From assembly GCA_042852035.1 (NCBI GenBank), contig BAAFHK010000001.1, positions 540,001 through 572,000 on the forward strand: a stretch of 32,000 bases of DNA, in the 5' to 3' direction. Each line of letters opens with the position of its first letter. Positions within the stretch are counted from its first letter, which is position 1. The notes below the pieces were generated by a model, which did not search any database, was not told the origin of the DNA, and saw only the letters and a list, made by a program, of their open reading frames with translations. Shown here piece by piece: positions 20,072-32,000 of this stretch. The position numbers and the translations under genes are program-made. This stretch comes from Candidatus Saccharimonadota bacterium (lineage in GTDB: Bacteria > Patescibacteriota > Gracilibacteria > BD1-5 > UBA2023).

Positions 20072-20092
20072 TCCCAATTGGGATTATTTTTT
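20063..20092. terminator. Bidirectional terminator shared by the convergent lepA and RNB genes
   Basis: The palindrome aatccc-aatt-gggatt (20070..20085) is flanked by an A-run upstream and a T-run downstream. Confidence 0.7.
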
Positions 20093-21605
20093 ATTTGAGA
20101 TAGTAATCAAAGATTTTTCCTATCAGTTCTCTTCGTACGATTCACTGAATTCTCGTAGCCTCATGTCGATGCCAATACTTCTTGGTTACTTGAAGGACAT
20201 GACCGTCAGGAAGCCTTACTTGTGCTGTGATTTTTTCTGCATTAATTTTCTGTCGAAAATCGAAAACTATCGGTCAACCGAGCACGATACGGGTTTGAGC
20301 AAGAGAATTAAGAAAAGAAAGTGGTGCCATAGCTCCATTCTCGAGTACTTGTTTGCGTAAGCTCTCCTTTATTGTTCGATCATTTCATAGAATTATAATT
20401 CATACCGCCCAGTGCCACATATTTGAATCTGGATTTTCGAGATCAGCCAGAATATATTTCCTAAGTTCCGAGGGAAGTTCATATGTTTTTCCGAGAGTGA
20501 GACGGAGTTGTTGCTTGAAATCATGCGTCGCTGGATCACGGTCAAAATTCTTTCGAACTCGCTCGACGCTCCTCTTTCATTTCGCCTCATGATCATAGTA
20601 TGCATTGAGGATATCTACTTCGAAAATTCTTCGATTAATATAATCAATCATAACTTCAATATGCTCAGGAGTGAGCTCGTATCATTGTTTTCTTATAAGT
20701 GCTTTCAGAAGGCGATGTACTATGACATCTGGATATCGCCTGAGCGGGGAAGTGAAGTGGGTATATGCTCAGGTCTTTTTGATCCTCAGTCATTCATGCC
20801 TCCCGGGATTGAGGGTATAAAATGCTCGTTCTCTTAGATCATGGTGCTGACGAAATATACCAGCTCATGACCCCTTCAAGACTTGTGCAACAATTTGGTT
20901 TGTGGTGACCATGAGCACTTCGATAACACGGTGAACATTCATGCCTTCTCATGAGAGAAGCATCAGCGGTGAAGAAGCATTTTCTTGAATTCATTCCTCT
21001 CAGAGATCAAAACCTTTCTGATTTCGAATTCTATTGGCAACTGTCTCGAGTTCTACGAATTGCGAATGTTGTCGATATCCTCTCGTTTTTACTCATTCAC
21101 TAAATTCATCATGGGTAAACTTCCCTCGATGAGTGAGAAGCGATTCGTAAATATCAAATCGTGTTACCCGACCATTTTTATCAATATCAAACTCTACTGT
21201 AATCGAAATATGTTTTCGTTTTCCATTGAGTGAATAACGCTCATTCGAGAGGTCGAATGGAAGCATAGGAATTACCCCATTTTCTCTATAGAGACTGGTA
21301 CTCCTCATCAGTGCTTCGAGATCAAGGGGGCTAAAAACCTCAATTGCTTCGGTAACATCAGTAATAGAGACATACACCCGATGACCTCATCTAAATTTCT
21401 CTACCCAGACGGCATCATCCGCATCGAGTGTTGTTGACCCATCAATCGTAATACCATCGACATTTCTTCTTCGTACTGCCTGATCTCGTATTCCTCTGAG
21501 GATTTGCTCAGTTTGAGTAGCTACTTGGTTGCTAAAAAAGAGTTTTGGTTCATTCGTTCGTAAATGCTCGCTGAGTTCGAGGGGTGATAGAATTCACTCT
21601 TGCAT
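20091..21605 (-). CDS. RNB-domain 3'-5' exoribonuclease (RNase II/R family), short form of 504 aa
   Basis: Minus-strand hand translation shows DADDAVWV, VIPMLPFDLSNERYSL and YTHFTSPLRRYPDVIVHR (the last at 20727..20759). The start (21605), track ORF 21093..21377 and the stop (20091..20093) all share one frame. Confidence 0.8.
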
Positions 21606-21694
21606 ATTTCTTACTATAAATATGAATTATAGAAAGTAAAATATTATTTGTAATTTGTATTCGAAAAACTGTAATTCTCCTTATACTACATTCT

Positions 21695-22543
21695 ATGTCT
21701 GAAATTTTTAACACCCTATCGAACATCATACATCTCGAACTCCCGCTCCTTACAGCTATCATGGTTTGAATACTGGTAGAAGTGGTATCGCGACGTATAA
21801 AATCTCGCCTCAAAAAATCAATATTTTCTGAGTATGAAAACTCAATTGATCCAGAGCATGCAGAATATTACTTAAGCTATTATAGAAAAATTCAATCTCT
21901 TGATATTTTTCGTGCCCTCTCATTTCTCGCGGTTTTGTTCATAATTTTTACTTTCAAGACCTGAGGAAGTATTAATTTTCTGGTCGTCGGTCTTGGTGCA
22001 CTCATCGTCACAATGAAGGACTTCCTTCTATCTGTAGTTGCTTTTTTTCTCATTATTCGACGATATAAAATAGGCGAAACAATCGGAATTAATGATATAC
22101 AAGGCCAAATCATTTATATTCGTGTACTCGGTGTAGGAATACTCGGAAAAGATAATGATGGGGACAATACGGGTCGAATGTTTGTGATTCCAAGTTTCAA
22201 GTTTCTTACTGAAACTATTAAAAAAGAAGATCTGCATGCTGATAGTATTAGAAAAGAGATTCTTAAAATTCCTTATATAACAAATGAATTTGAGCCCGAT
22301 TTTGCAACATTTATTCGCTCTCTTGAGAACTTTCTGGATAATGAACTCAAGACGCTCTCAAAACGAAATTGTGGAAATTACCAGACTTATATCGGACATA
22401 AGTATAAATTAGATATCGATTATCTCGAAGATAAAGCCATAATAATTACCGTTGGCCTCGTCGGAAAGTGGGAAAATACAGTAGAAAATAAGAAAAAAAT
22501 AGTTTGATTTGTTGAGTCTCTGAAAAGAGTTCCGAAGGAATAG
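21695..22543 (+). CDS. MscS-family mechanosensitive channel, 282 aa
   Basis: TM helices are followed by KDFLLSVVAFFLIIRRYKIGETIGINDIQGQIIYIRVLGVGIL...MFVIPSFKF, which is the MscS beta-domain pattern. The frame joins track ORFs 21782..21964 and 22013..22507 and ends at TAG 22541..22543. Confidence 0.7.
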
Positions 22544-22563
22544 ACTCATTAACCATTAAAGTT

Positions 22564-23469
22564 ATGCGACATATACTCTCAAGCAAACAATTCTCACGCA
22601 AAGCTCTCGAGTATCTTATGTCAGAAGCTCAAAAAATGGACGAAATTCTCATAAAATGAGGAAGTCGCATGTTTGATGAACGTATTATGGCAACCCTCTT
22701 TTATGAACCATCAACTCGTACACGGCTTTCATTCGAGACATCGATGCATCGACTTGGAGGTCGGGTAATATCTGAAACTGATGTTCAGTTCTCAAGTCAA
22801 TCAAAAGGAGAGGTACTTGCTGATACGATTCGAATTGTATCGTCGTATGCTGATATTATCGCAATACGATCAAAAAATACTGGCGATGCAGAGATAGCAA
22901 GCAAATATTCCCAAGTGCCCATAATCAATGCCTGAGATGGTTCCTGAGAACATCCCACACAATCACTCTTAGATCTTTATACAATTACAAAGTCTTTTCC
23001 TCAAATTTTTCTCGACCAACCACTTCATGTCACATTTGTTTGAGACCTTAGATATGGAAGAACGGTTCATTCTCTCTCTATTCTTCTGAGAAATTTCCCG
23101 AAAGTAGAACTCTCATTTATAGCTCCGCAAGATCTCAATCTTCCCGAAAATTATAGGAGAGATTCTGATTTCTTTTCGAGCGAACTTTCATTAGAACTCC
23201 TCTCCTCAAGTGATGTCATATATATGACCCGAGTACAAAAAGAACGATTTCCAAATCAGGAGTCCTATGAAGCAGTCAAAGATAGTTTTATTTTTGATGA
23301 AGCTACGGTAAAGAAAATGAAAAGCGATGCCATACTTATGCACCCTCTCCCGCGCGTAAATGAAATCACTCTCGAGGTCGATAATCTCCCACAAGCAAAA
23401 TATTTCGAACAAGCAAAGAATGGAGTTCCAATTCGAATGGCACTTATAAAATATTGTCTTGAAGGATAA
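22564..23469 (+). CDS. pyrB: Aspartate carbamoyltransferase catalytic subunit, 301 aa
   Basis: Motifs are STRTRLSFE, INA-G-DGS-G-EHPTQSLLDL, FV-G-DLRYGRTVHS and HPLPR. The marked glycines are TGA at 22933, 22945 and 23041. Confidence 0.92.
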
Positions 23470-23544
23470 ACTTGCTTTTTGCGAATTTTCTATATGATGC
23501 TCGCAAAAGGATTACTTTTTATTATATTCTAACCCTAATTATAT

Positions 23545-23982
23545 ATGGCAGAACGATCACTTATTATTCTTAAACCTGATACTATTCACCGAGGACTTAT
23601 TGGAGCTGTAACAACTCGTATTGAAAATCGAGGATTTAAGATTGTTGCAATGAAGATGGCGAAGGTTACTCAAGCAAAGCTTGATGAGCACTATGGTCAC
23701 CTTACCTCAAAGCCATTTTACCCTGAGATTGTTGCCTATATGACAATGGGGCCTGTAGTATTCATGATTGTTGAAGGAGACAATGCAGTCAACGGTATGC
23801 GCCAACTTTGTGGTGCCACAGATCCAGCTCAAGCAGCTATGGGCACTGTACGTGCTGATTTCGCTACAACCATACGATACAACCTTATCCACGCATCTGA
23901 CTCAGTAGAAAATGCAACTGCTGAAATCGCACGATTCTTCGATGAGTCTGAGATTTGTGGATACGAGAGAAAAGTAATTTAA
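23545..23982 (+). CDS. ndk: Nucleoside diphosphate kinase, 145 aa
   Basis: The ORF is intact under the standard code. Motifs include LIILKPD, GFKIVAMK and NLIHASDS (active-site His region). It contains no TGA. Confidence 0.9.
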   Translation: MAERSLIILKPDTIHRGLIGAVTTRIENRGFKIVAMKMAKVTQAKLDEHYGHLTSKPFYPEIVAYMTMGPVVFMIVEGDNAVNGMRQLCGATDPAQAAMGTVRADFATTIRYNLIHASDSVENATAEIARFFDESEICGYERKVI

Positions 23983-23996
23983 TTTTTTGAGAAATG

Positions 23997-24030
23997 AAAA
24001 AAAGTTGATTCTTGAAAATCAACTTTTTTT
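23997..24030 (+). terminator. Rho-independent terminator after ndk
   Basis: gttgatt (24004..24010) pairs with aatcaac (24017..24023), flanked by an A-run and seven T. Confidence 0.75.
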
Positions 24031-24124
24031 AGTGTTTATTTTGATTTTTATTTTTATTATCTATACTTTCTGTCGTATAAATTCAAATGTCTTTCAGAGA
24101 TTTTTGATAGAGACATAAAAAATA

Positions 24125-25102
24125 ATGCGATCCTCTAATAATTACTCCATCTCTCACTTTTCGGTATATTGCGACGAGCGTGAAACCCGAAGAGTCGATA
24201 CCTATCTGTCAGCTCTTTTTCCAGAAAAATCAAGAAGTTACCTTCAGAAAATGATTGAGGAAGGCAAGATTTTTTGTAATGGAGCAAACTTCACGAAGAA
24301 TAAAAAAATCTACCGATGAGATGAAATTCGTATCGAATGGAAAATAGAAAATATGGAACTTCTAGCAGAAAACCTTCCAATCGATATCATCTTTGAAAAT
24401 GATGATTTTGCAATTATAAATAAGGATGCTGGGATGAATACGCACCCAACACCTGGGGAAGAATGAAGAAAGGGAAGTCTCGTGAATGCTCTCCTCTACC
24501 ACTTTAAATCACTCTGAATACGTACCGATGATGGTGAATACAAAAATCCATCTATTATTAATGGGGTAGAGCGACCAGGGATCGTTCATCGCCTCGACAA
24601 GGATACGAGTGGACTTATTATCATAGCTAAAAATGATAAAGCAATGCATGCACTCCAGCTTAAGATAGCAAAACGCACTATCTCTAAAACGTATCTTGCT
24701 CTTGTTTTTTGAAGAGTGAAGGATGAAGAATGATACATCGAGTCTTTCATCTGAAGGGACCCCTTTGATCGAAAAAAAATGACCACCCGAGATCCGGTAA
24801 ATCCAAAAATCGCTAAAACAAAGTTTCGAAAACTTGGCTATCACCATGAAAAATATACACTCCTAGAAATAGATCTTCTGACGGGTCGCACACACCAGAT
24901 TCGTGTTCATCTTTCATCAATTGGATTTCCAATCGTTGGAGACAAAATATATGGAAATGAAAAAATAAATAGGGAAGTGGAGGAACATTATGCACTTAAA
25001 AGACAATGGCTTCATGCGTGGAAGCTTTCATTCAATCTTTTTTGAAAGGATTACACATTCGAATGACCCATTAAAGATGATTTACAAAAAGTAATCGACT
25101 AG
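24125..25102 (+). CDS. rluD: RluA/RluD-family 23S rRNA pseudouridine synthase with an N-terminal S4-like region, 325 aa
   Basis: Motifs are [15 protein letters not shown] and [12 protein letters not shown]. The frame joins track ORFs 24125..24319 and 24779..25045 through TGA and ends at TAG 25100..25102. Confidence 0.85.
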
Positions 25103-25149
25103 ATTTTATTTTCTTATATTTTCTATATAATACAGTCCTCTTATAAAAT

Positions 25150-25521
25150 ATGAATTTACGACAATCAAGACTTGCTGATGCAATAAGAAGGTATGCGAGC
25201 GAAGATATACTCACATATTCACAAATACACGAACATAGTTATGGAATAATTAGCGTAAACACTGTAGAGGTGAGTACTGATTATAGTTATGCTGATATCT
25301 TTGTTTCTTCACAGGAAAACGAAAAAAATCTCCCAAAATTTCTTTCACCAACTGAATTAATTACCAAAAAAAGAATAACAAAAGATTTCTCTCTCAGAAA
25401 AATACCTCAGCTCAGATACCGGGTGGGAAAAAAGAAAAACAATTCAAACGATATTCTTTCACTTATACAGTCTCTCGATAAACAATATGGCCTTTCTAGC
25501 GAAAATTCGCAATTCCATTAA
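25150..25521 (+). CDS. rbfA: Ribosome-binding factor A-like protein, 123 aa
   Basis: The size and pattern fit RbfA: (R)LADAIRR...ISVNTVEVSTDYSYADIFVS...LRKIPQLRY. It contains no TGA. Confidence 0.6.
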   Translation: MNLRQSRLADAIRRYASEDILTYSQIHEHSYGIISVNTVEVSTDYSYADIFVSSQENEKNLPKFLSPTELITKKRITKDFSLRKIPQLRYRVGKKKNNSNDILSLIQSLDKQYGLSSENSQFH

Positions 25522-26545
25522 AAAACGAAAGAATAAAACCTTTCGAGAATCCATAGAAGGCGAACGAAGTCAAAAATATCTTATAAAAGATCATATTAAA
25601 GAACCTCGGAGAAAGAAATGGAGCTTCTTTCGTAAAGAATGAAATCGCCTTTCCCCATTTTCACGATTTCTCGGGGAAAAAATACAAATTACCCAAGATT
25701 TTTCCCAAAGACAACAATTTTATCTCAAGTCTATTGGAATATTTCTAATACTTGCATCAACTTATATTCTTATTTATTCACCGTATTTTCTTCTTTCCCC
25801 ATCGAAAGTCCTTATCGAAGCCGTTGATGAATGAATCGATGTTTCAATTGCTTACAGATCAATAGAGGATTTTTATGGGAAAAATATATTTACCCTTGAT
25901 GAAAATGCCGTTATTTATTCCATAAAATCGAGTCAGAAAAATATTTCCCAAATACGTATTGATAAGCTTTATCCAAATAATATTAAAATTCTTCTTGAAT
26001 GATACCCTATTACTTTTACGGCTGATATTGAATCTGTCGGTGATAGAAAATGGGGAATGAGTGAAAATGGAATACTGATACCCAGCGAAGATCTTTCTTG
26101 AGAAAAGACATGATTGAAGCATGTACACATCGTCGACTTCGCCCTCAATGAAGACAGCCTTATTGACTATAGAGAGATAATCCCTGCCGATTATATACAA
26201 CTCATGAAAAAAATGATTTCATGATTTGAGTCCGCATGGCCAGAACTAGAAATCGAGGAGATTATATACCGCAAAAGAGAAAATGAAGTTCATATAAAAC
26301 TCAAAAATAAAACAATTATACTCACAACTCTTCAAGATTTCACAAGAAAGACGGGTGAGGTTATTACCTATAAGCAACTTACCCTCCAATTTCTCAATCT
26401 TCAAACCTTTATTGAGAATCACAGACAAGATATACTTAACTGATCTTACACCTATATTGATTCACGAATTCCATGAAGAATATTTTCATGTAGAGACCGT
26501 ATTATCTGCGAAAAGAATCTTGCATTTATTTATCCTAATAAGTAA
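25487..26545 (+). CDS. ftsQ: FtsQ/DivIB-like cell division protein, 352 aa
   Basis: It has a basic N-terminal tail, a single TM helix (SIGIFLILASTYILIYSPYFLL) and a POTRA-like region (VLIEAVDEGIDVS...IRIDKLYPNNIKILLEGYP). It overlaps rbfA by 35 nt. The stop is TAA 26543..26545. Confidence 0.5.
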
Positions 26546-26547
26546 AG

Positions 26548-27189
26548 ATGAAGCACGAATTTTCCAAAATTATAGAAATAGTCTACAAGCTCTATTGAGG
26601 GAAAAAAATAGAACTGAATTATGAAACCCCCTTTCAGCTTCTTTGTGCCATCATACTTTCAGCACAAACAACTGATAAACAAGTAAATAAAATCACTCCT
26701 CCATTTTTTCAAATTGTTCGCAATCCTGAAGATGTCATTCCTCTTTCGCTTGATGAAATAGAAAACCATCTCAAATACGTAAACTTTTATAAAAATAAAT
26801 CAAGCTATATAAAACAAACCTGAGAGATTCTTGCCAGGGAATACCAAAGCACTATACCCAATGATCTAAAACTCATTCAAACATTTCCAGGTATAGGCGT
26901 AAAAACAGCAAAGGTTCTTCTTTCTGTACTCTACGATATGCCTTATGTATGAGTAGATACTCATATTCATCGAGTCATGAATCGCATCGGGATTGTCGAG
27001 ACAAAAACCCCTGAGCAGACCGATAAAAGGATTGAAGAGATTTTTACAAAGAAGGAACAACTCATTCTCCATCATCCATTTGTACTTTTTTGAAGGTATC
27101 ACTGCACAGCGAAAAAACCAAAATGTGAGTCTTGTCCCATAAAAAAAGAATGTGCCTATTATAGGACACATTCTTTCAATTCTTTATAA
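26548..27189 (+). CDS. nth: Endonuclease III, 213 aa
   Basis: Motifs are ILSAQTTDKQVN, the HhH element FPGIGVKTAKVLL, GVDTHIHRV and the 4Fe-4S cluster C-x6-C-x2-C-x5-C (CTAKKPKCESCPIKKEC). The stop is TAA 27187..27189. Confidence 0.9.
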
Positions 27190-30100
27190 CTCTCAGAGAA
27201 GAGCTAATTCTTCGGCTGTAAGGTTTAATTCAGAGAGATCAAGAGAATCTTCTGAGGAATCTTCACTCACCGTCAAGGTATCATTATTTTCACTTGGGCT
27301 ATTAAGCGTGATATTTCTATCTGTAATTTCATGATATTTTCTTTGTTGTGAATCAAGTATGCGAAGGAGTGTTTCTCGAGCCATTGAAAGTCTTTCACTT
27401 TCTTCAAAAGAGAATGATTCGAGTTTCAATCGAGCAACCTCATACATATCATCTGGACTTGAACTCTCAAGAGCTCGATGCATATGATCCCAGAATGCTA
27501 TTCTCAAATTGAGGGTTGAATCATCAGCCAAAAGATTCTCCTCATCAAGTCATACAAGATATGTTATGGCTCAATCATTGTTCACTGAATTGCTTCCATC
27601 ATTTCCTTTTGTAAAGGTTCCATCAGCTTGAATAATTCGATTTACAATAATAAGTTTATTCAGCAATTCAGATCCTTCTCAAAGGAATGCAAATTTTGTT
27701 TCTGGCTCAGAGACTGGCGTTGATCCAAGAACCTGATTCTGTCAACTTCCAGTTAGGATAACCTGCCAAGGAGCACCGATTGGTGCAGAGATTCATCATC
27801 CAGGTCACACAGAAACATTGGAAGATGGTGGAGTTGGAACAACTATAGGCGCAACACTCACTGATATGGACACACTTCATGAAGCATTTGCATCAACAGT
27901 ATCTTGAACCTTTATCTGCATAGATCAGATTGTTGAGAGACTTAGTGCATTTGAGAATGTCTTAACTCATGCATCAGAAGGAGCAAAGCTTATACTTGCA
28001 CCACTTGAAGGCAACACAGCTCAAGAGTCGGTACTTGTAAACACAATTGAACCTGAGTATGTTGTCATAATATTTCCAAGCAAATCTCGAGCCTGAACTG
28101 TTGCTCAGAATAAACTTCAAGAATATACAGAAGATGGAGCTATAAGAGTAAATGATCCAAGTGGAATAGGTACTCCATTGCTTGTGACGTTAATATTCAC
28201 TGTGGCATTTGAGCTATTCACTGTTCCATCATTTACATAGAAAGTAAAACTATCAGAACCGATATATCCAACCGCTGGAGTATAAGTAAAGTATCAAGTT
28301 GATGTCATCGTAAGCAGTCCATGCACAGGAAGTACTGATGATGAATAGGTAAGCGAACTTCCTTCAATATCATTTCCAGTCAATGATCCTGAATATATAT
28401 TTCACATACTTACAATACTATTTCATACGGCTGTTACACTTAAGGCGTCAGCTGTTGGAGTATCATTAACTGGATTTACAGTGATATTTACTGTTGCTGA
28501 TGTGGAACTCAATACACCGTCATTCACGTGGAAAGTGAAACTATCTGCACCATTATAATTTAGATTCGGAGTATATCGAATTCATCCGGTTGAAGAAAGG
28601 GTAAGTGTACCATTTGAAGTTGTTGAATCAAGGATATACGTAAGGGTACTCATTTCCAAATCACTTCATGAAACTGCTCAAGAGAATAATGTATCTTCAT
28701 TTACTGAGAACGATGAAGAGTCGGCAGTTGGTGTTGCATTCGTAAGTATAACATTCATGTTGACTGTTACGACACTTGAAACTTGGTTTGTATCATCTTC
28801 AAGCTGATACGTGAAACTATCTGACCCAAAATATCAATTATTTGGAACATAGTAAATAGTTGTACCAGAAAGAGTAGCTACTCAATGTGAAGGATTTGTA
28901 ATTCAAGTTATAGAAAATACAGTTGAATCAACATCATAGTCATTGAGAAGAACTGGTGCTGAAATTGATGTATCCTGATTGAGGGAATAAGAGTCATCAA
29001 CTCATGTTGGAGCATCTAAAACACTATTAATGGTGATACTTACAGTACCTGTATTTGAATCAAATAATCAATCATTCACTATAAAGTCAAAACTATCTAC
29101 TCCATTCATATTAGCTGTTGGCGTATAGGTAAATGATCCATTTGAAGAAAGACTCAGCGCTCAACTTAAAGGCAAAGTAAGTGCCGTAAAACTCAGTACA
29201 TCGCCATTTAAATCGCTTCATGATAGGACGCTTGATAGTACAACATCTTCATTTATTGATGGGTTCATGTTGTATGCTTGTGGGGGAACATTTGGGAGAA
29301 CCACACGAATTGAGACAACTCCAGTATTTGATGATAGAGCTCCACTTTGATCTTGAGCACGGTAGAGAAATGTATCAGTTCAACTAAATGATCCTATAGG
29401 AGTATATTCAAGGTTATCACCATTTTGAACCACAGAACCACTCATAGGTTGAGTAAAGGAAGCTATTGATAATGTCTGAAGGGAATAGGCATTATCAATG
29501 TCGGTATCATTATTTAGTACAGAGATAGAAATCATGGGACCACTTGTACTTCCGCTATCGTTAACCGCTATCGGTGCATCATTAATACAATCTACATCAA
29601 TATTTTGCGAGATAGGTGTTGCATAATGACCCAATTGATCTGAAGCACGAAAAGTAAATGTATCTACTCCACAAAATTCTGCAGCTGGATAATACTGTAT
29701 ACTTCCAGATGAATCAATATTGAGAACTCAATGAATTGGATCAGAAGATTTTTCGAAGAAAACACTATCTCCAGGATTTAAATCAATTCAGGAAAGGGTT
29801 CCATCAATCTCAGGAGCATCTTCTGATCAGGTAATACTTGTAGGATAGATATTTGGTGCTGTATTTGTAGTTGTTACCTGAACACTACAAGAACTTGGAC
29901 CAACATCGTTTACTAAACTGAGTGTAATAGTACTTACCGCATCATACGGAGGAATAAAGGTACGACTTCCACTTGCTCACACGGATTCAACATTTGATCC
30001 AGTGTAGGTATCAAAATAGAGAGTATTTGATAGAGATCATGTGCTACCCCATGATACATCCACTGGTTCTCCAGTAGGAACTGATCATGAAGAAAGATTC

Positions 30101-32000
30101 ATGTTACAAGCTGGTGTAGTAGTAAGATTTGGGGAGTTGTTCCAGAGGACAAAAGTAGTTGAATACGGAGCAATAGTAATAGGCCAGCTTGTCGTAGCAT
30201 TAAGTCAATCAACATAAGCGAAGCACTGTGCTCCTCCTGGACAAGATTGGGTTGCTGGAGTTCCCGTAGAATTTGAATATGCTAGCACTTCGTATGTATT
30301 TGTATTTTTTACATGCGTAGAGAGTCTGTGTAGAGTTACCTCATCAATCTCATATGAGATATCGTTATTGGAAGTTTCAAGAGTCAATTGAGCATCAGCT
30401 GCTGTTGTAGTTGCGGTAATATAGAAAGAAAATACTTGGCCCGTAGAACTCGCATATGTTTCAGCGATTCTGTCTGAATAAACTACAGATTTATCAGCTG
30501 ATGAATGAAGAAAGGCACGGAGATTAATTTGTCCAGAATTTGATTTTGCATATCCAGTTACATGAAAGACTTGTCCAGAAGTAATGGAAAGAATTGCATC
30601 ATTCGTAACCCAGATTCTATCTGGAGACCCTCAAGCTGGCGTAACCGTTGCAGATCAACCAACATTACTTCCAACTGCATTATAACTGATTCAAGGAGCA
30701 CTTCATGTGAGAGCAGAAACACTCCAATTTGAGGCATCTACTGAGAAATCACCATTAGTAATAAGATTTGATGTAGCATAGGTTCCGGTATTAACATATG
30801 GCTTATATCCAAAATACTCAAATTTCGTAATATTCGGATCGAGTTGATTGAGTGCAGCCTTTGTATATTCAACTACCTCTCCTCAAAATTTTACCGTTCT
30901 TGCATATGATGCATTTGGTTTATAGTTTGGAAAAATACTATTGGCATCAAATGTAGAAAATCCACTGACAACACCAGCCCCTGGAACCTCATCACGCATT
31001 TCAATATATGGATAATCTGGAGCCCTTTGAATAAAGGTATTTCCTGTAAAACTATTATTTTGTGTTGCTCAGCTATTATTTTGTATTAGAGAAAGTGTAT
31101 TTATGCGAGATGACAGAAGCATATTCTGAGAAACGGATGAATTTGACGTATCCACCATTCTTACTGCATATTGAGCATTTTGAATTCCATTCTTTATCAC
31201 TGAAAGTCCACTTATTCACTGAGCCAATACTCAGGCATTTTCGCTAGCAGCAATTCAGGTTCCTACATCCCTGATACTATTTTCAGTAAGAGAACTTGTA
31301 ACAGCTCCTATTGTCGAAGAGCTATTTCGAATCGCGGCACACTCAGTAGATCAAGTTGTACAAACGGTACTAATATTATTTCTCATTACATCAGTATCAG
31401 ATCAATAAAGAATAGCGCTTTCTGCAATATTAGTCATTGTATTATATGATACATCTACCGGGTAACTACTCAACACATTAATACCATCACCCGTAATTGA
31501 AGAAATTATATTATTCGAAATAGTTGTAAGTGATCATGAAACGCTCAGAGCTCCAAGACAGTTGGAAATAGTATTGCCATCGATAAGCACTCATGAGGAA
31601 GAATTCACAGCTGCACATGTTGCATTTGCTCATGAAATAGTAGAATTCATGACAGTAATATTGCTTGAAGTATCAATATCAACTATTGATCCAGGGAGAG
31701 AATCTGATACATCAATACCACTAATCACAACATAGCTTGATCCAATAATATTCACTCATTCTACAGTAGCAGTATCGGAAGGACACCCACCATAACTATT
31801 GATTGTTATTGGAAGTCAGACGGATCATGGGAGACTGCTGAGATTTAAAGACTCAGCCCAAGATGCACTACACAAAAGAGATACCGTATCACCCTGAAGA
31901 AGTGGAGTACCGTTAACTTTTGCGAGGGTTTGCCAGGCAGTCGTTGGAGAGAGTCCATCATTTCCATCATTCCCAGAAACAGCATCTACATAGTACTGTG
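27184..32000 (-). CDS. Giant surface/adhesin-like protein, at least 1604 aa. The N-terminus lies beyond the window edge.
   Basis: Track minus-strand ORFs ending at 27531, 29634 and 30387 share one frame and are linked by TGA. Hand translation reads [28 protein letters not shown] plus N-x-[ST]-I repeats (parallel beta-helix), then [12 protein letters not shown] (CBM-like), then repeated ...NDAP/NDTP...YTP...DSFTF units, then an acidic tail ...[27 protein letters not shown]. The stop is TAA 27184..27186. Confidence 0.75.
28100..29880 (-). repeat. About six tandem cadherin/Ig-like domain repeats of roughly 93-95 aa (period about 275-285 nt) inside the giant CDS
   Basis: Recurring plus-strand strings, such as gtgaaactatc and its variants, occur near 28250, 28535, 28815, 29090 and 29660. 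The ND[AT]P boundary motif recurs near 28190, 28465, 28745, 29025, 29300 and 29585. Confidence 0.6.

Overview
This low-GC bacterial window only reads coherently in genetic code 25 (TGA = Gly), which points to a Gracilibacteria/Absconditabacteria (SR1)-type Patescibacteria genome. The supplied standard-code ORF track is therefore heavily fragmented. I re-translated by hand with TGA = Gly and stops at TAA/TAG only, which gives about 27 tightly packed genes.

Housekeeping genes:
- nrdA (5' partial), nrdB and an ATP-grasp ligase fused into the nrdB operon.
- A convergent NlpC/P60 peptidase, then lepA and a convergent RNB-domain exoribonuclease.
- An MscS-family channel, pyrB, ndk, an RluD-type pseudouridine synthase, rbfA, an ftsQ-like gene and nth.

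Accessory content:
- A 13.3-kb same-strand island (1794..15125) splits nrdA from nrdB. It holds ORFan cassettes, and seven of them carry a near-consensus TTGACA promoter, several placed for leaderless mRNAs.
- Inside the island is a GC-rich, TGA-free, Shine-Dalgarno-bearing gene for a glycine-zipper-like small membrane protein.
- The island also holds a 1187-aa secreted protein built from five four-cysteine modules and a minimal 2-TM K+ channel.
- A giant minus-strand surface protein (at least 1604 aa) runs off the 3' edge of the window. It combines a beta-helix, a CBM-like region and about six cadherin/Ig-like repeats.

I saw no rRNA, tRNA, CRISPR array, transposase or integrase. All family assignments come from motif recognition by eye, and no database searches were run.
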